Below, in pieces: positions 8,595 through 16,370 of a stretch of 56,264 nucleotides of DNA; the first letter of the stretch is position 1, and every line of letters starts with the position of its first letter. The position numbers and the translations under genes were made by a program. The notes under the pieces are model-generated. The model was not told where the DNA came from and did no database searches. It was given only the letters and a program-made list of their open reading frames with translations. Source of the DNA: an uncultured Vicinamibacterales bacterium (GTDB taxonomy: Bacteria; Acidobacteriota; Vicinamibacteria; Vicinamibacterales; 2-12-FULL-66-21); NCBI GenBank assembly GCA_964476725.1, contig CAYZBZ010000003.1, forward strand, positions 1,849 to 58,112. The letters run 5' to 3'.

Positions 8595-9654
8595 CACCGT
8601 GATCAGGAGGGTCGACCGCGGCGGCGCACATCATCCGCTCGTCGAGCTCACGCTGACCCGGCTGCGCGAGTTCGTCCGCGAGCCCGAAGCGCTCTTCTGG
8701 ACCTTCATCTTTCCGATCGTCATGTCGCTCGTGATGGCCATGGCGTTCCCGTCGCGAGGGGCCCAGCCCGTCCCCGTCGGGATCGCCGAAGGCCCGGGGG
8801 CTGAACCCATCCGGCAGACGCTTGCGAAGTCGCCTGGGATCATCTTGCGCGACGTCGCGCGTGGAGCCGAGCAGCGCGCCCTGCGCGAAGGGGTCGTCCA
8901 CCTGATCGTCGTCCCGGCGGATCCGCCCACGTATCAGTTCGACGCGGCACGCGCCGAAAGCCGCACGGCTCGTCTCGTCGTCGACGATGCGCTGAAGCGA
9001 GCGGCCGGGCGCGCGGATCCGTGGGTGGCGCGCGAGGAGCCCGTGGAGGTTCCGGGATCGCGGTACATCGACTGGCTGATTCCCGGGATGGTCGCCATGG
9101 GCATCATGAGTAACGGCATGTGGGGCGTCGGCTTCTCGATCGTGCAGGCGCGCATGCGGAAGCTGCTGAAGCGGATGGTCGCCAGCCCCATGAGGAAGAG
9201 TGAGTATCTGCTGGCGCAGCTCCTCGCGCGGCTTCTCTTTCTGGCGCCGGAGGTCGCGGTGCCGCTGGGGTTCGGCGTGCTCGCGTTCGGGATGCCCGTG
9301 AACGGGAGCATCGCCGCGATCGCCGTGGTGACGCTGATCGGGTCGCTCGCCTTCGGCGCGATCGGTCTGCTGCTGGGAAGCCGGGCGCGGACGTTCGAGG
9401 CGGTCTCCGGGCTGATGAACCTCGCCATGCTGCCGATGTGGCTGCTCTGCGGAGTCTTCTTCTCGGCGTCGAACTTTCCGCAGGCGATCCAGCCGGCGAT
9501 CAAAGCGCTGCCGTTGACGGCGCTCGTCAACGCGCTTCGCGCCGTCGTGCTCGAAGGCGGGACGCTGCAAGCGGTCCGGGGAGAGCTGCTCCTTCTCGCC
9601 ATCTGGACGGTCGTGCCGTTCGCGGTGGCGCTGCGACTCTTCAAGTGGCGCTGA
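8587..9654 (+). CDS. ABC-2 type transporter permease
   Basis: 355-aa ORF translationally coupled to the ATPase gene. It has an N-terminal TM, a periplasmic loop and a C-terminal bundle of 5 hydrophobic helices (YIDWLIPGMVAMGIM ... LLLLAIWTVVPFAVALRLF). Confidence 0.85.
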   Translation: MTNTVIRRVDRGGAHHPLVELTLTRLREFVREPEALFWTFIFPIVMSLVMAMAFPSRGAQPVPVGIAEGPGAEPIRQTLAKSPGIILRDVARGAEQRALREGVVHLIVVPADPPTYQFDAARAESRTARLVVDDALKRAAGRADPWVAREEPVEVPGSRYIDWLIPGMVAMGIMSNGMWGVGFSIVQARMRKLLKRMVASPMRKSEYLLAQLLARLLFLAPEVAVPLGFGVLAFGMPVNGSIAAIAVVTLIGSLAFGAIGLLLGSRARTFEAVSGLMNLAMLPMWLLCGVFFSASNFPQAIQPAIKALPLTALVNALRAVVLEGGTLQAVRGELLLLAIWTVVPFAVALRLFKWR

Positions 9655-9716
9655 GGGATGGATGGGGCTAGACTGCGGCCGGCCCTTCGTGACGGCTGCA
9701 AGGGTGAGCTGGACAA

Positions 9717-11675
9717 ATGGGGCGGAATGACCTCTCGCAAACGGGGCCCGAGACCGACGAGCGCTATCGCCGTCTGGTGGAATCATCGCCGGACGCCATT
9801 CTCATCAGCCGGGACAACCGCATTGTTTTCGTGAACCCCGCGGCAGTGCGGCTGTTCGGGGCATCCACCGCCGAACAGGTGCTGGGCAAATCGCCGTTCG
9901 ACCTCTTTCATCCTGAGAGTCACGCGATCATCCGGGACCGCATCCGGCGGTTGCTGGCCGGCGAGACCCTGCCGCTGGCGGAGGAGAAGATCGTGCGCCT
10001 GGACGGAGTCGTGACGGACGTGGAGGTCAACAGCACGCGGCTGCAGGACAGTGATGAAATCCAGGTCATCGTGCGCGATATCACCGAGCGGAAGCGGACC
10101 CAGTCGGCGCTCAGTGACAGCGAGGAACGGCTCACGCTCGCCTTCGCGGGGGCCCAGGAAGGGGTGTGGGATTGGAACCTCGAAACAGGCGCCGTCTTCT
10201 ACTCTCCTCGATGGAAGCAGATGCTCGGGTACGCGGACGAGGAGATCGAGCCGCACATCACAGCCTGGGAGCGACTGCTCCATCCCGACGACATCGCACG
10301 CGCCCAGGAAGTGAACGAACGCGTCGCGCGCGGCGAGCGGACCTACGAGGGAGAGTTCCGCCTTCGGCACAAGAACGGCCACTACGTCGACGTGCTTTCG
10401 CGGGGTTGTCCGGTGCGGCGCCCGGCAGGCGGCCCGGTGGTCCGAATCGTCGGAACCCACCTGGACCTCACCGAGCGGAAGCGGGCCGAGGCGGCGTTGC
10501 GTGAGAGCGAGGAACGGCTCTCGCTGGCCTTCGCCGGAGCCCAGGAAGGCGTGTGGGACTGGAACCTGGAAACTGGCGCCGTCGTGTATTCGCCCCGCTG
10601 GAAGCAGATGCTCGGGTACTCAGACGAGGAGGTCGAGCCACACATCAGCGCCTGGGAGCGCCTCCTCCATCCCGACGACCGGGCACGCGCTCAGGAGGTG
10701 ATCGAGCGCGTCGCGCGCGGTGAACGGACCTACGAGGGAGAGTTTCGCCTCCGGCACAAGCAGGGGCACTATCTGCACGTGCTCTCGCGCGGCTTTCCGG
10801 TTCGCCGCGAGCCAGGCGGGCCGGTCGTGCGAATCGTCGGCACTCACTTCGACCTTACCGAACGGAAGCAAGCCGAGGAAGCGCTCCGCCGCGCGCACGA
10901 GGAGCTTGAAATGCGCGTTCGGGAGCGCACCGCCGAACTGGCACGCGCGAACGCATCGCTGCGCGAGGAGATGGGCGAGCGGGAGGCTGCCGAGCGGGCC
11001 CGCAGGGAATTGCTGGCCCGCCTCGTCTTTGCACAGGAAGACGAGCGCCGGCGAATCGCGCGCGAGATGCACGATCAGTTTGGCGAGCAGTTGACCGCGC
11101 TGGGGCGTGGAATCGGCGTGCTCAAGGACGCGTGCGGCGACCGGGCCGACCTCGGCGGACAGGTCGCGGCGCTGGAGGCGGTCGCACAGCAGCTCGACCG
11201 GGACGTCGATCATCTCGTCTGGGAGCTCAGACCGACCGCGCTCGACGATCTCGGCTTGCGCGCCGCCTTGGCGAACTACGTGCAGGACTGGTCGAAGCGC
11301 GTCGGCGTCCCCGCCGAGCTGCACGCCTCAGGACTGCTGGACGATCGCCTGCCCTCGGAGGTCGAAACGACGCTCTACCGCATCGCGCAGGAAGCGCTCA
11401 CCAACGCCGCCAAGCACGCGCGGGCCCGGAACGTGGACGTCATCCTCGAGCTGCGCGCCAGACACGTCTCCCTCATCATCGAAGACGACGGCGTGGGGTT
11501 CGAGACCGGTGGAGAGGACACGCCCCATCGGGGGTTCGGGCTGCTGGGAATGCAGGAGCGCGCCGCCCTGGTAGGGGCCACGCTTCAAATCGAATCGGCG
11601 GCTGGCAGAGGCACAACCATTCTCGTGCGAATGGCTGTCCGCCCGCCCATCAAGGACACTGCTGATCATGCGTGA
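9717..11675 (+). CDS. Cytoplasmic triple-PAS sensor histidine kinase (HisKA_3 / NarL-partner type)
   Basis: Three PAS units, a coiled coil, H-box RRIAREMHDQFGEQL (HisKA_3) and HATPase strings EALTNAAKHA, DDGVGF, GFGLLGMQERA. No TM segment seen. Confidence 0.9.
   Translation: MGRNDLSQTGPETDERYRRLVESSPDAILISRDNRIVFVNPAAVRLFGASTAEQVLGKSPFDLFHPESHAIIRDRIRRLLAGETLPLAEEKIVRLDGVVTDVEVNSTRLQDSDEIQVIVRDITERKRTQSALSDSEERLTLAFAGAQEGVWDWNLETGAVFYSPRWKQMLGYADEEIEPHITAWERLLHPDDIARAQEVNERVARGERTYEGEFRLRHKNGHYVDVLSRGCPVRRPAGGPVVRIVGTHLDLTERKRAEAALRESEERLSLAFAGAQEGVWDWNLETGAVVYSPRWKQMLGYSDEEVEPHISAWERLLHPDDRARAQEVIERVARGERTYEGEFRLRHKQGHYLHVLSRGFPVRREPGGPVVRIVGTHFDLTERKQAEEALRRAHEELEMRVRERTAELARANASLREEMGEREAAERARRELLARLVFAQEDERRRIAREMHDQFGEQLTALGRGIGVLKDACGDRADLGGQVAALEAVAQQLDRDVDHLVWELRPTALDDLGLRAALANYVQDWSKRVGVPAELHASGLLDDRLPSEVETTLYRIAQEALTNAAKHARARNVDVILELRARHVSLIIEDDGVGFETGGEDTPHRGFGLLGMQERAALVGATLQIESAAGRGTTILVRMAVRPPIKDTADHA
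10080..10853 (+). repeat. Intragenic tandem duplication of a 387-nt (129-aa) PAS unit
   Basis: Unit 1 (10080-10466) starts ITERKRTQSALSDSEERLTLAFAGAQEGVWDWNLETGAVFYSPRWKQMLGY. Unit 2 (10467-10853) starts LTERKRAEAALRESEERLSLAFAGAQEGVWDWNLETGAVVYSPRWKQMLGY. Most residues are identical across the full unit. A third LTERKQ starts at 10854. Confidence 0.9.
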
Positions 11676-12333
11676 AACGGGCGGCCCGCTTCGCATCCTT
11701 CTTGCGGACGATCACGTGACGGTGCGCCACGGGCTCAAGCTGCTGATCGACAGCCAACCCGACATGAAAGTCGTCGCCGAGGCAAGTGACGGGAACAGTG
11801 CCGTGCAGCGCGCCCAGGAGCTGAAGCCGGACGTCGTCGTCATGGACATCTCGATGCCCGGCGTGAATGGGCTCGTCGCGACGCGAACGCTGAAGCAGCT
11901 CCAGCCTTCCACGGCGATCGTCACCCTGACCCGGCATGGCGACGATGCCTATTTGCAGGAGCTGCTGCGGGCGGGTGTGTCGGGCTACGTGTTGAAGCAG
12001 AGCGCCCCCGCTGAATTGCTCCAGGCCATCCGCGCAGCGGCGGCCGGAGGCCAGTACCTGGATTCCACACTCACCGCGCGGGTCACCGCCCGATTCCTGA
12101 CGAGAGAGGGCAAGAGAGTGAACAAGTCCGGCGCCGCGCTCAGCGGGAGGGAATCGGAAGTCCTGCGGCTGATTGCCTCGGGCTACAGCAACAAGGAGAT
12201 CGCGGCGCGACTGGTCCTGAGCGTCAAGACCGTCGAGGCGCACAAGGCGAACGCGATGCGAAAGCTCGGCCTGAACGGCCGTATCGACATCGTGAAGTAT
12301 GCCGTCCTCCAAGGGTGGCTGCATAACGCCTGA
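11668..12333 (+). CDS. NarL/LuxR-family response regulator (REC + HTH_LuxR)
   Basis: ILLADDH, VVVMDISMPGVNG, and C-terminal LSGRESEVLRLIASGYSNKEIAARLVLSVKTVEAHK. The ATG overlaps the kinase stop (ATGCGTGA). Confidence 0.92.
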   Translation: MRETGGPLRILLADDHVTVRHGLKLLIDSQPDMKVVAEASDGNSAVQRAQELKPDVVVMDISMPGVNGLVATRTLKQLQPSTAIVTLTRHGDDAYLQELLRAGVSGYVLKQSAPAELLQAIRAAAAGGQYLDSTLTARVTARFLTREGKRVNKSGAALSGRESEVLRLIASGYSNKEIAARLVLSVKTVEAHKANAMRKLGLNGRIDIVKYAVLQGWLHNA

Positions 12334-12499
12334 ACCTCAGGTTCCGCTCGGTGGAACAAAGGGGCCGGGAGGAAACCCAGCCGTCATTAGGGATCTTCCC
12401 TAGACGCACGGGGAATCTTCCCGATATACATGCCCCTCGGGCCAGGGGTAGATTCGAGACGTGCACTCGACAGTAATTCCCAGCCCCAAGGAGTCATCC

Positions 12500-12937
12500 A
12501 TGGAGAACCCGTCGAAGGTCTTCGCCGGGGCCAGGCGAGCGGCTGGCGCGCTCGACCGCGAATCCCAGCTGCCGGAAGAGTGGCGTCTGGCTCGACGAAC
12601 ACGCGCGAATCTGCTTCTCACCCATGCGGGCGGCGTCATCCAGAGCGTCCTGGAGTTGCTTCAGCCCGATCTCGACGAGCCGATCGCGACCTGGTGCCCG
12701 GGCGAGCGCCTTGTGCTGCCCCCGGCGACCCGCGCCGGGACGATGATTCTCCAGGACGTGGGGGCCCTGGCGAACGAGGACCAGCACCGCCTGCTCGAGT
12801 GGCTCGAGCGGGCTTCGGGCCGGACACAGGTCGTCAGCACGACCGCAGCGTCTCTCCTGCCGCGTGTCGAAGCCGGTGCCTTCATCGACACGCTCTACTA
12901 CCGCTTGAACACGGTCTGTCTGGACGTGACCACATAG
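12500..12937 (+). CDS. Small sigma-54-interaction-domain-like protein (AAA+ core fragment lacking Walker A and GAFTGA)
   Basis: Start moved to the ATG at 12500, which has AAGGAG 7 nt upstream. GTMILQDVGALANEDQHRLLEWLE ... QVVSTTAASLLPRVEAGAFIDTLYYRLNTV parallels GTLFLDEIGEL..Q.KLLRVLQ ... RVIAATN..L...V..G.FR.DLYYRLNV of bEBPs. No GxxGxGK motif, and Walker B DE is replaced by QD. Confidence 0.6.
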   Translation: MENPSKVFAGARRAAGALDRESQLPEEWRLARRTRANLLLTHAGGVIQSVLELLQPDLDEPIATWCPGERLVLPPATRAGTMILQDVGALANEDQHRLLEWLERASGRTQVVSTTAASLLPRVEAGAFIDTLYYRLNTVCLDVTT

Positions 12938-13107
12938 CCGGTTGACCGATTCTGCCGATTGCGCGTCGCGCTTCGGTTCTTGAAACAGCCCTTTATGGCG
13001 CTGCCTGGGGCAGAGCGTACCAGCCTCCGCCAAGGCTGCGGCGGTCCGCCGAAGCCGCGCGAAGGCGGAAGCCCTGCGCTAGAATGGCGGACCATGCGCG
13101 CCCGCAC

Positions 13108-13180
13108 ACCCACGTTCACCCACGTTCCATCTCGCCGGCATCTCGACATCTTTGCTAGAACCTTGGAACCTTGGAACGTT
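13108..13180. repeat. Two short tandem repeats built on ACGTTCC / GGAAC in the 5' region of the dehydratase gene
   Basis: acccacgttc x2 at 13108-13127 and gaaccttg gaaccttg gaacgtt at 13158-13180. A TAGAAT -10-like hexamer lies at 13080-13085. Confidence 0.75.
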
Positions 13181-13199
13181 AGATCCTGGAGGCACCACC

Positions 13200-14582
13200 A
13201 TGAACCGTCGTGACCTGCTGCAGTCGCTCTCGCTGGCTGGCGGAGCTTCCCTGGTTGCTTCCAGGGAGGCGCTGGCCGAGGCTCTCGAGATGACAACCCA
13301 CCCTGGCTACGCGCAGGCGGTGAAAGGCACCGCGCCGATCAAGATCCGCGACATCACGACCATCCTGACCGCGCCAAACCGGATCCGGCTGGTGATCGTG
13401 AAGATCGACACGACCGAGCCGGGGCTGGTCGGCTGGGGCTGCGCGACGTTCACGCAGCGTGCGCTGGTCGTCAGGACGGCGCTCGACCAGTATCTGAAGC
13501 CGTTTCTGATCGGCCGCAACGTGGACGAGATCGAAGACATCTGGCAGTCGAGCTATATGAGCTCGTATTGGCGCAACGGGCCAGTGCTCTTCAATGCCAT
13601 GAGCGGCGTGGACATCGCGCTGTGGGACATCAAGGGCAAACGCGCCGGGATGCCGCTCTACCAACTGCTCGGGGGCAAGGTCCGGCACGGCGCCGATTGT
13701 TATTTTCACGCCAGCGGCAACAGCTTCACCGAGGTCGAGGAGAACGCGCGCAAGGCAATGGAGCAGGGCTTCCGCCACGTGCGCGTGCAGGTCGCAACGC
13801 CCGGTTACGCCAGCTACGGTGCCCGCGGCACCGCGCCCGCGGCGGGGTCAGGCTCCCCCGATGAGGTCGTGGGACCGACCAACCCGAGAGCGGTCTGGGA
13901 ATCGGCCCCTTACGTGCGGATGCTTCCGAAGCTCTTCGAGCACCTGCGCGCCAAGCTCGGCGAAGAGGTCGAGCTCCTCCACGACGTGCACGAGCGCGTG
14001 ACGCTGAACCAGGCGATCAATCTGTGCAAGTCGCTCGAGCCCTATCGCCTGTTCTTCCTGGAGGATCCGTTCCCGCCCGAGGACAACGACCATTTCCGTC
14101 TGCTCCGGCAGCAGACCAGCATCCCGCTGGCGATGGGCGAGCTGTTCAACACGCAACATGAGTACTTGCCGCTCATCAAAGAGCGACTGATTGACTTCAT
14201 CCGGATCCACATCTCGCAGATTGGCGGGTTGAGCCCGGCGCGCAAGGTCGCGGCGCTGAGCGAGTATTTCGGCGTCCGCACCGCGTGGCACGGCCCTGGA
14301 GACGCGTCGCCGCTGGCGCACGCCGCGCAGCTCGCCCTGGAGCTGGCCAGCTACAACTTCGGCGTCCACGAAGGCGGCTCTTTCCCGAAAGAGACGCAGG
14401 ACGTCTTCGTCGGCTGCCCGGAAGTCAAGAACGGCTACATGCTGGCGCGGGAAAAGCCAGGTCTGGGCATCGAGGTCGACGAGAAGCTGGCGGCGAAGTT
14501 CCCGATACCCGACGGGCCGCCGAACTTTGATTACTCGTGGGGGACGACGCGGCGGCTGGATGGGACGGTGATCAGGCCGTAG
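13200..14582 (+). CDS. Enolase-superfamily dehydratase, D-mannonate dehydratase (ManD)/RspA-like subgroup, with a Tat signal
   Basis: Start set to the ATG at 13200 (GGAGG 8 nt upstream), giving MNRRDLLQSLSLAGGASLVASREALA. Core strings: GLVGWGCATF, SGVDIALWDIKGK, PLYQLLGG, FLEDP, HISQIGG, TAWHGPGD. Confidence 0.85.
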   Translation: MNRRDLLQSLSLAGGASLVASREALAEALEMTTHPGYAQAVKGTAPIKIRDITTILTAPNRIRLVIVKIDTTEPGLVGWGCATFTQRALVVRTALDQYLKPFLIGRNVDEIEDIWQSSYMSSYWRNGPVLFNAMSGVDIALWDIKGKRAGMPLYQLLGGKVRHGADCYFHASGNSFTEVEENARKAMEQGFRHVRVQVATPGYASYGARGTAPAAGSGSPDEVVGPTNPRAVWESAPYVRMLPKLFEHLRAKLGEEVELLHDVHERVTLNQAINLCKSLEPYRLFFLEDPFPPEDNDHFRLLRQQTSIPLAMGELFNTQHEYLPLIKERLIDFIRIHISQIGGLSPARKVAALSEYFGVRTAWHGPGDASPLAHAAQLALELASYNFGVHEGGSFPKETQDVFVGCPEVKNGYMLAREKPGLGIEVDEKLAAKFPIPDGPPNFDYSWGTTRRLDGTVIRP

Positions 14583-14664
14583 CACGCATGAAAGCGATCG
14601 GCTGGCTGCGCAGTCGCCTTTCGCCGACAGGCCAATCGGGGTAGCATTCCTGGCATCACTTCCA

Positions 14665-14697
14665 GGTTGGCCTCCGGTCCGGAGGCCAACCGTTTCC
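14665..14697 (+). terminator. Rho-independent-type terminator after the dehydratase gene
   Basis: ggttggcctccgg (14665-14677) and ccggaggccaacc (14679-14691) form a perfect 13-bp inverted repeat, followed by gtttcc. Confidence 0.7.
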
Positions 14698-14723
14698 GAC
14701 TCTGGACTTCTTCAGGAGATTAC

Positions 14724-16370
14724 ATTCTGAAAACCACAACAACCCGTGAGCTCCTGATCTCCTGTTGTCTTCTGACAAGCACGCTCGCCGTTGGGGCGCT
14801 CGCGCAGTCTCTCTCTTCGAATGGACTGCCAATCACCTACGAACGGCTGCTCACAGCCACCGGCGAGCCGGGCAACTGGCTGATGTACAGCGGTGATTAT
14901 CGAAGCCATCACTACAGCACCCTGAAGCAGATCACCGTTGACAACGTTCACCGGCTCCGCGCGAAGTGGGTCTACCAGATGCACCGTTCCAAGGTCGAGA
15001 CCACGCCGATCGTCGTGGATGGTGTCATGTTCGTCACGCGTCCGCCGAGCGACGTGATCGCCCTTGATGCGGAAACGGGTCGTGCACTCTGGACCTTCGA
15101 GCATCGATTGCCAACGAGGGTCTACACCTGCTGCGGTGAGGTCAATCGCGGCCTGGCCATTCTTGGCAGCACGCTCTTCCTCACGACGCTGGATGCACAG
15201 CTCGTCGCGCTCGATGCCGGATCCGGCCGCGTGCTGTGGAAGAAACAGCTCGCGGACCCCGCGCTCAACTACACGGCGACTGGCGCTCCGCTCGCGATCA
15301 AAGACAAAGTGATCGTCGGCATCGCCGGCGCTGAAGGAGGGATTCGCGGATTCCTCGACGCGTACGACGCGAGGACCGGCGAGCGAGCGTGGCGCTTCTG
15401 GACCGTACCAGCGCCGGGCGAGGCAGGTTCGGAGACATGGGCAGGCGATGCGTGGCGGCACGGCGGAGCATCGACGTGGTTGACGGGCTCCTACGATCCG
15501 GAGCTGAACCTGCTCTACTGGGGCACGGGCAATCCGGGTCCCGATTACAACGGCGATGTGCGTCCTGGAGACAACCTCTACTCGTGCTCGTTGCTGGCGT
15601 TGAACCCGGACACGGGCACGCTGAAATGGCATTTCCAGTTCACGCCGCACGACACGCGCGACTGGGACGCCACGCAGGTTCCGGTTCTCATTGATTCGAC
15701 GATCAACGGACGCGCCCGGAAGCTCGTCGTCGTGCCCAGCCGCAACGGCTTCCACTACGTGCTGGACCGTCAGACCGGAGAGTTTCTGCTCGCCACACCG
15801 TTCGTGAAACAGACGTGGGCCAAAGAGATCGATCAGAAAGGGCGACCGGTGCTAAATTCCGGTCAGGAGCCGACGCCCGAAGGCAACGAGTCGATCTGGC
15901 CCGGCGTCGACGGCGGAAACAACTGGATGTCCCCCAGTTACAACCCCGACACGAAGCTCCTGTATTTCAACGCGCGAGAGGAGCGGCGCCGCTTCTTCAA
16001 GACCGACGCTCCTGAATTCCGGCCAGGAGAAGCCTTCTTCGGCGGTGGCGGAGGAGGCGGCGCACGGTTCCGGCCCGAAGAGAGCTGGGGGAAACTCATC
16101 GCCATGATTCCCGAGACCGGAGAAATCCGGTGGGAGCACCGCATCTTGTCGCCGCCGTGGGCCGGCGTCCTCTCCACGGGGGGGAACCTCGTGTTCTCCG
16201 CCACGCCAAGTGGCAACTTCTATGCCCTGGATGCACGGACCGGCAAGGAACTGTGGCGTTTCAACGGCGGCGATCGGGTGTTTGCCAGCCCCATTACCTT
16301 TCTGAGTCGGGGGAAGCAGATGATCACGGTCCCGATTGGGGATGTGTTGATCGCGTTCGGGCTCGACTGA
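14724..16370 (+). CDS. PQQ-dependent dehydrogenase, methanol/ethanol (quinoprotein ADH) family, exported; start codon uncertain (ATT 14724 or CTG 14727)
   Basis: Vicinal-Cys string YTCCGEVNRG and beta-propeller W-motif repeats (ALDAETGRALW, ALDAGSGRVLW, YDARTGERAW, LNPDTGTLKW, ALDARTGKELW). The listed TTG start (14667) lies inside the terminator hairpin. AGGAG at 14714-14718 precedes ATT/CTG, after which LKTTTTRELLISCCLLTSTLAVGALAQS reads as a clean signal peptide. Confidence 0.8.
   Translation: MLKTTTTRELLISCCLLTSTLAVGALAQSLSSNGLPITYERLLTATGEPGNWLMYSGDYRSHHYSTLKQITVDNVHRLRAKWVYQMHRSKVETTPIVVDGVMFVTRPPSDVIALDAETGRALWTFEHRLPTRVYTCCGEVNRGLAILGSTLFLTTLDAQLVALDAGSGRVLWKKQLADPALNYTATGAPLAIKDKVIVGIAGAEGGIRGFLDAYDARTGERAWRFWTVPAPGEAGSETWAGDAWRHGGASTWLTGSYDPELNLLYWGTGNPGPDYNGDVRPGDNLYSCSLLALNPDTGTLKWHFQFTPHDTRDWDATQVPVLIDSTINGRARKLVVVPSRNGFHYVLDRQTGEFLLATPFVKQTWAKEIDQKGRPVLNSGQEPTPEGNESIWPGVDGGNNWMSPSYNPDTKLLYFNAREERRRFFKTDAPEFRPGEAFFGGGGGGGARFRPEESWGKLIAMIPETGEIRWEHRILSPPWAGVLSTGGNLVFSATPSGNFYALDARTGKELWRFNGGDRVFASPITFLSRGKQMITVPIGDVLIAFGLD

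Noticed and set aside
12959-13213. 84-aa ORF, or a 40-aa leaderless sub-ORF from ATG 13094 just after a TAGAAT box, overlapping the dehydratase start.
   Set aside because: The translation is dominated by the short tandem repeats (THVPS..., EPWNVRSW). More likely this is 5'-UTR or repeat DNA.
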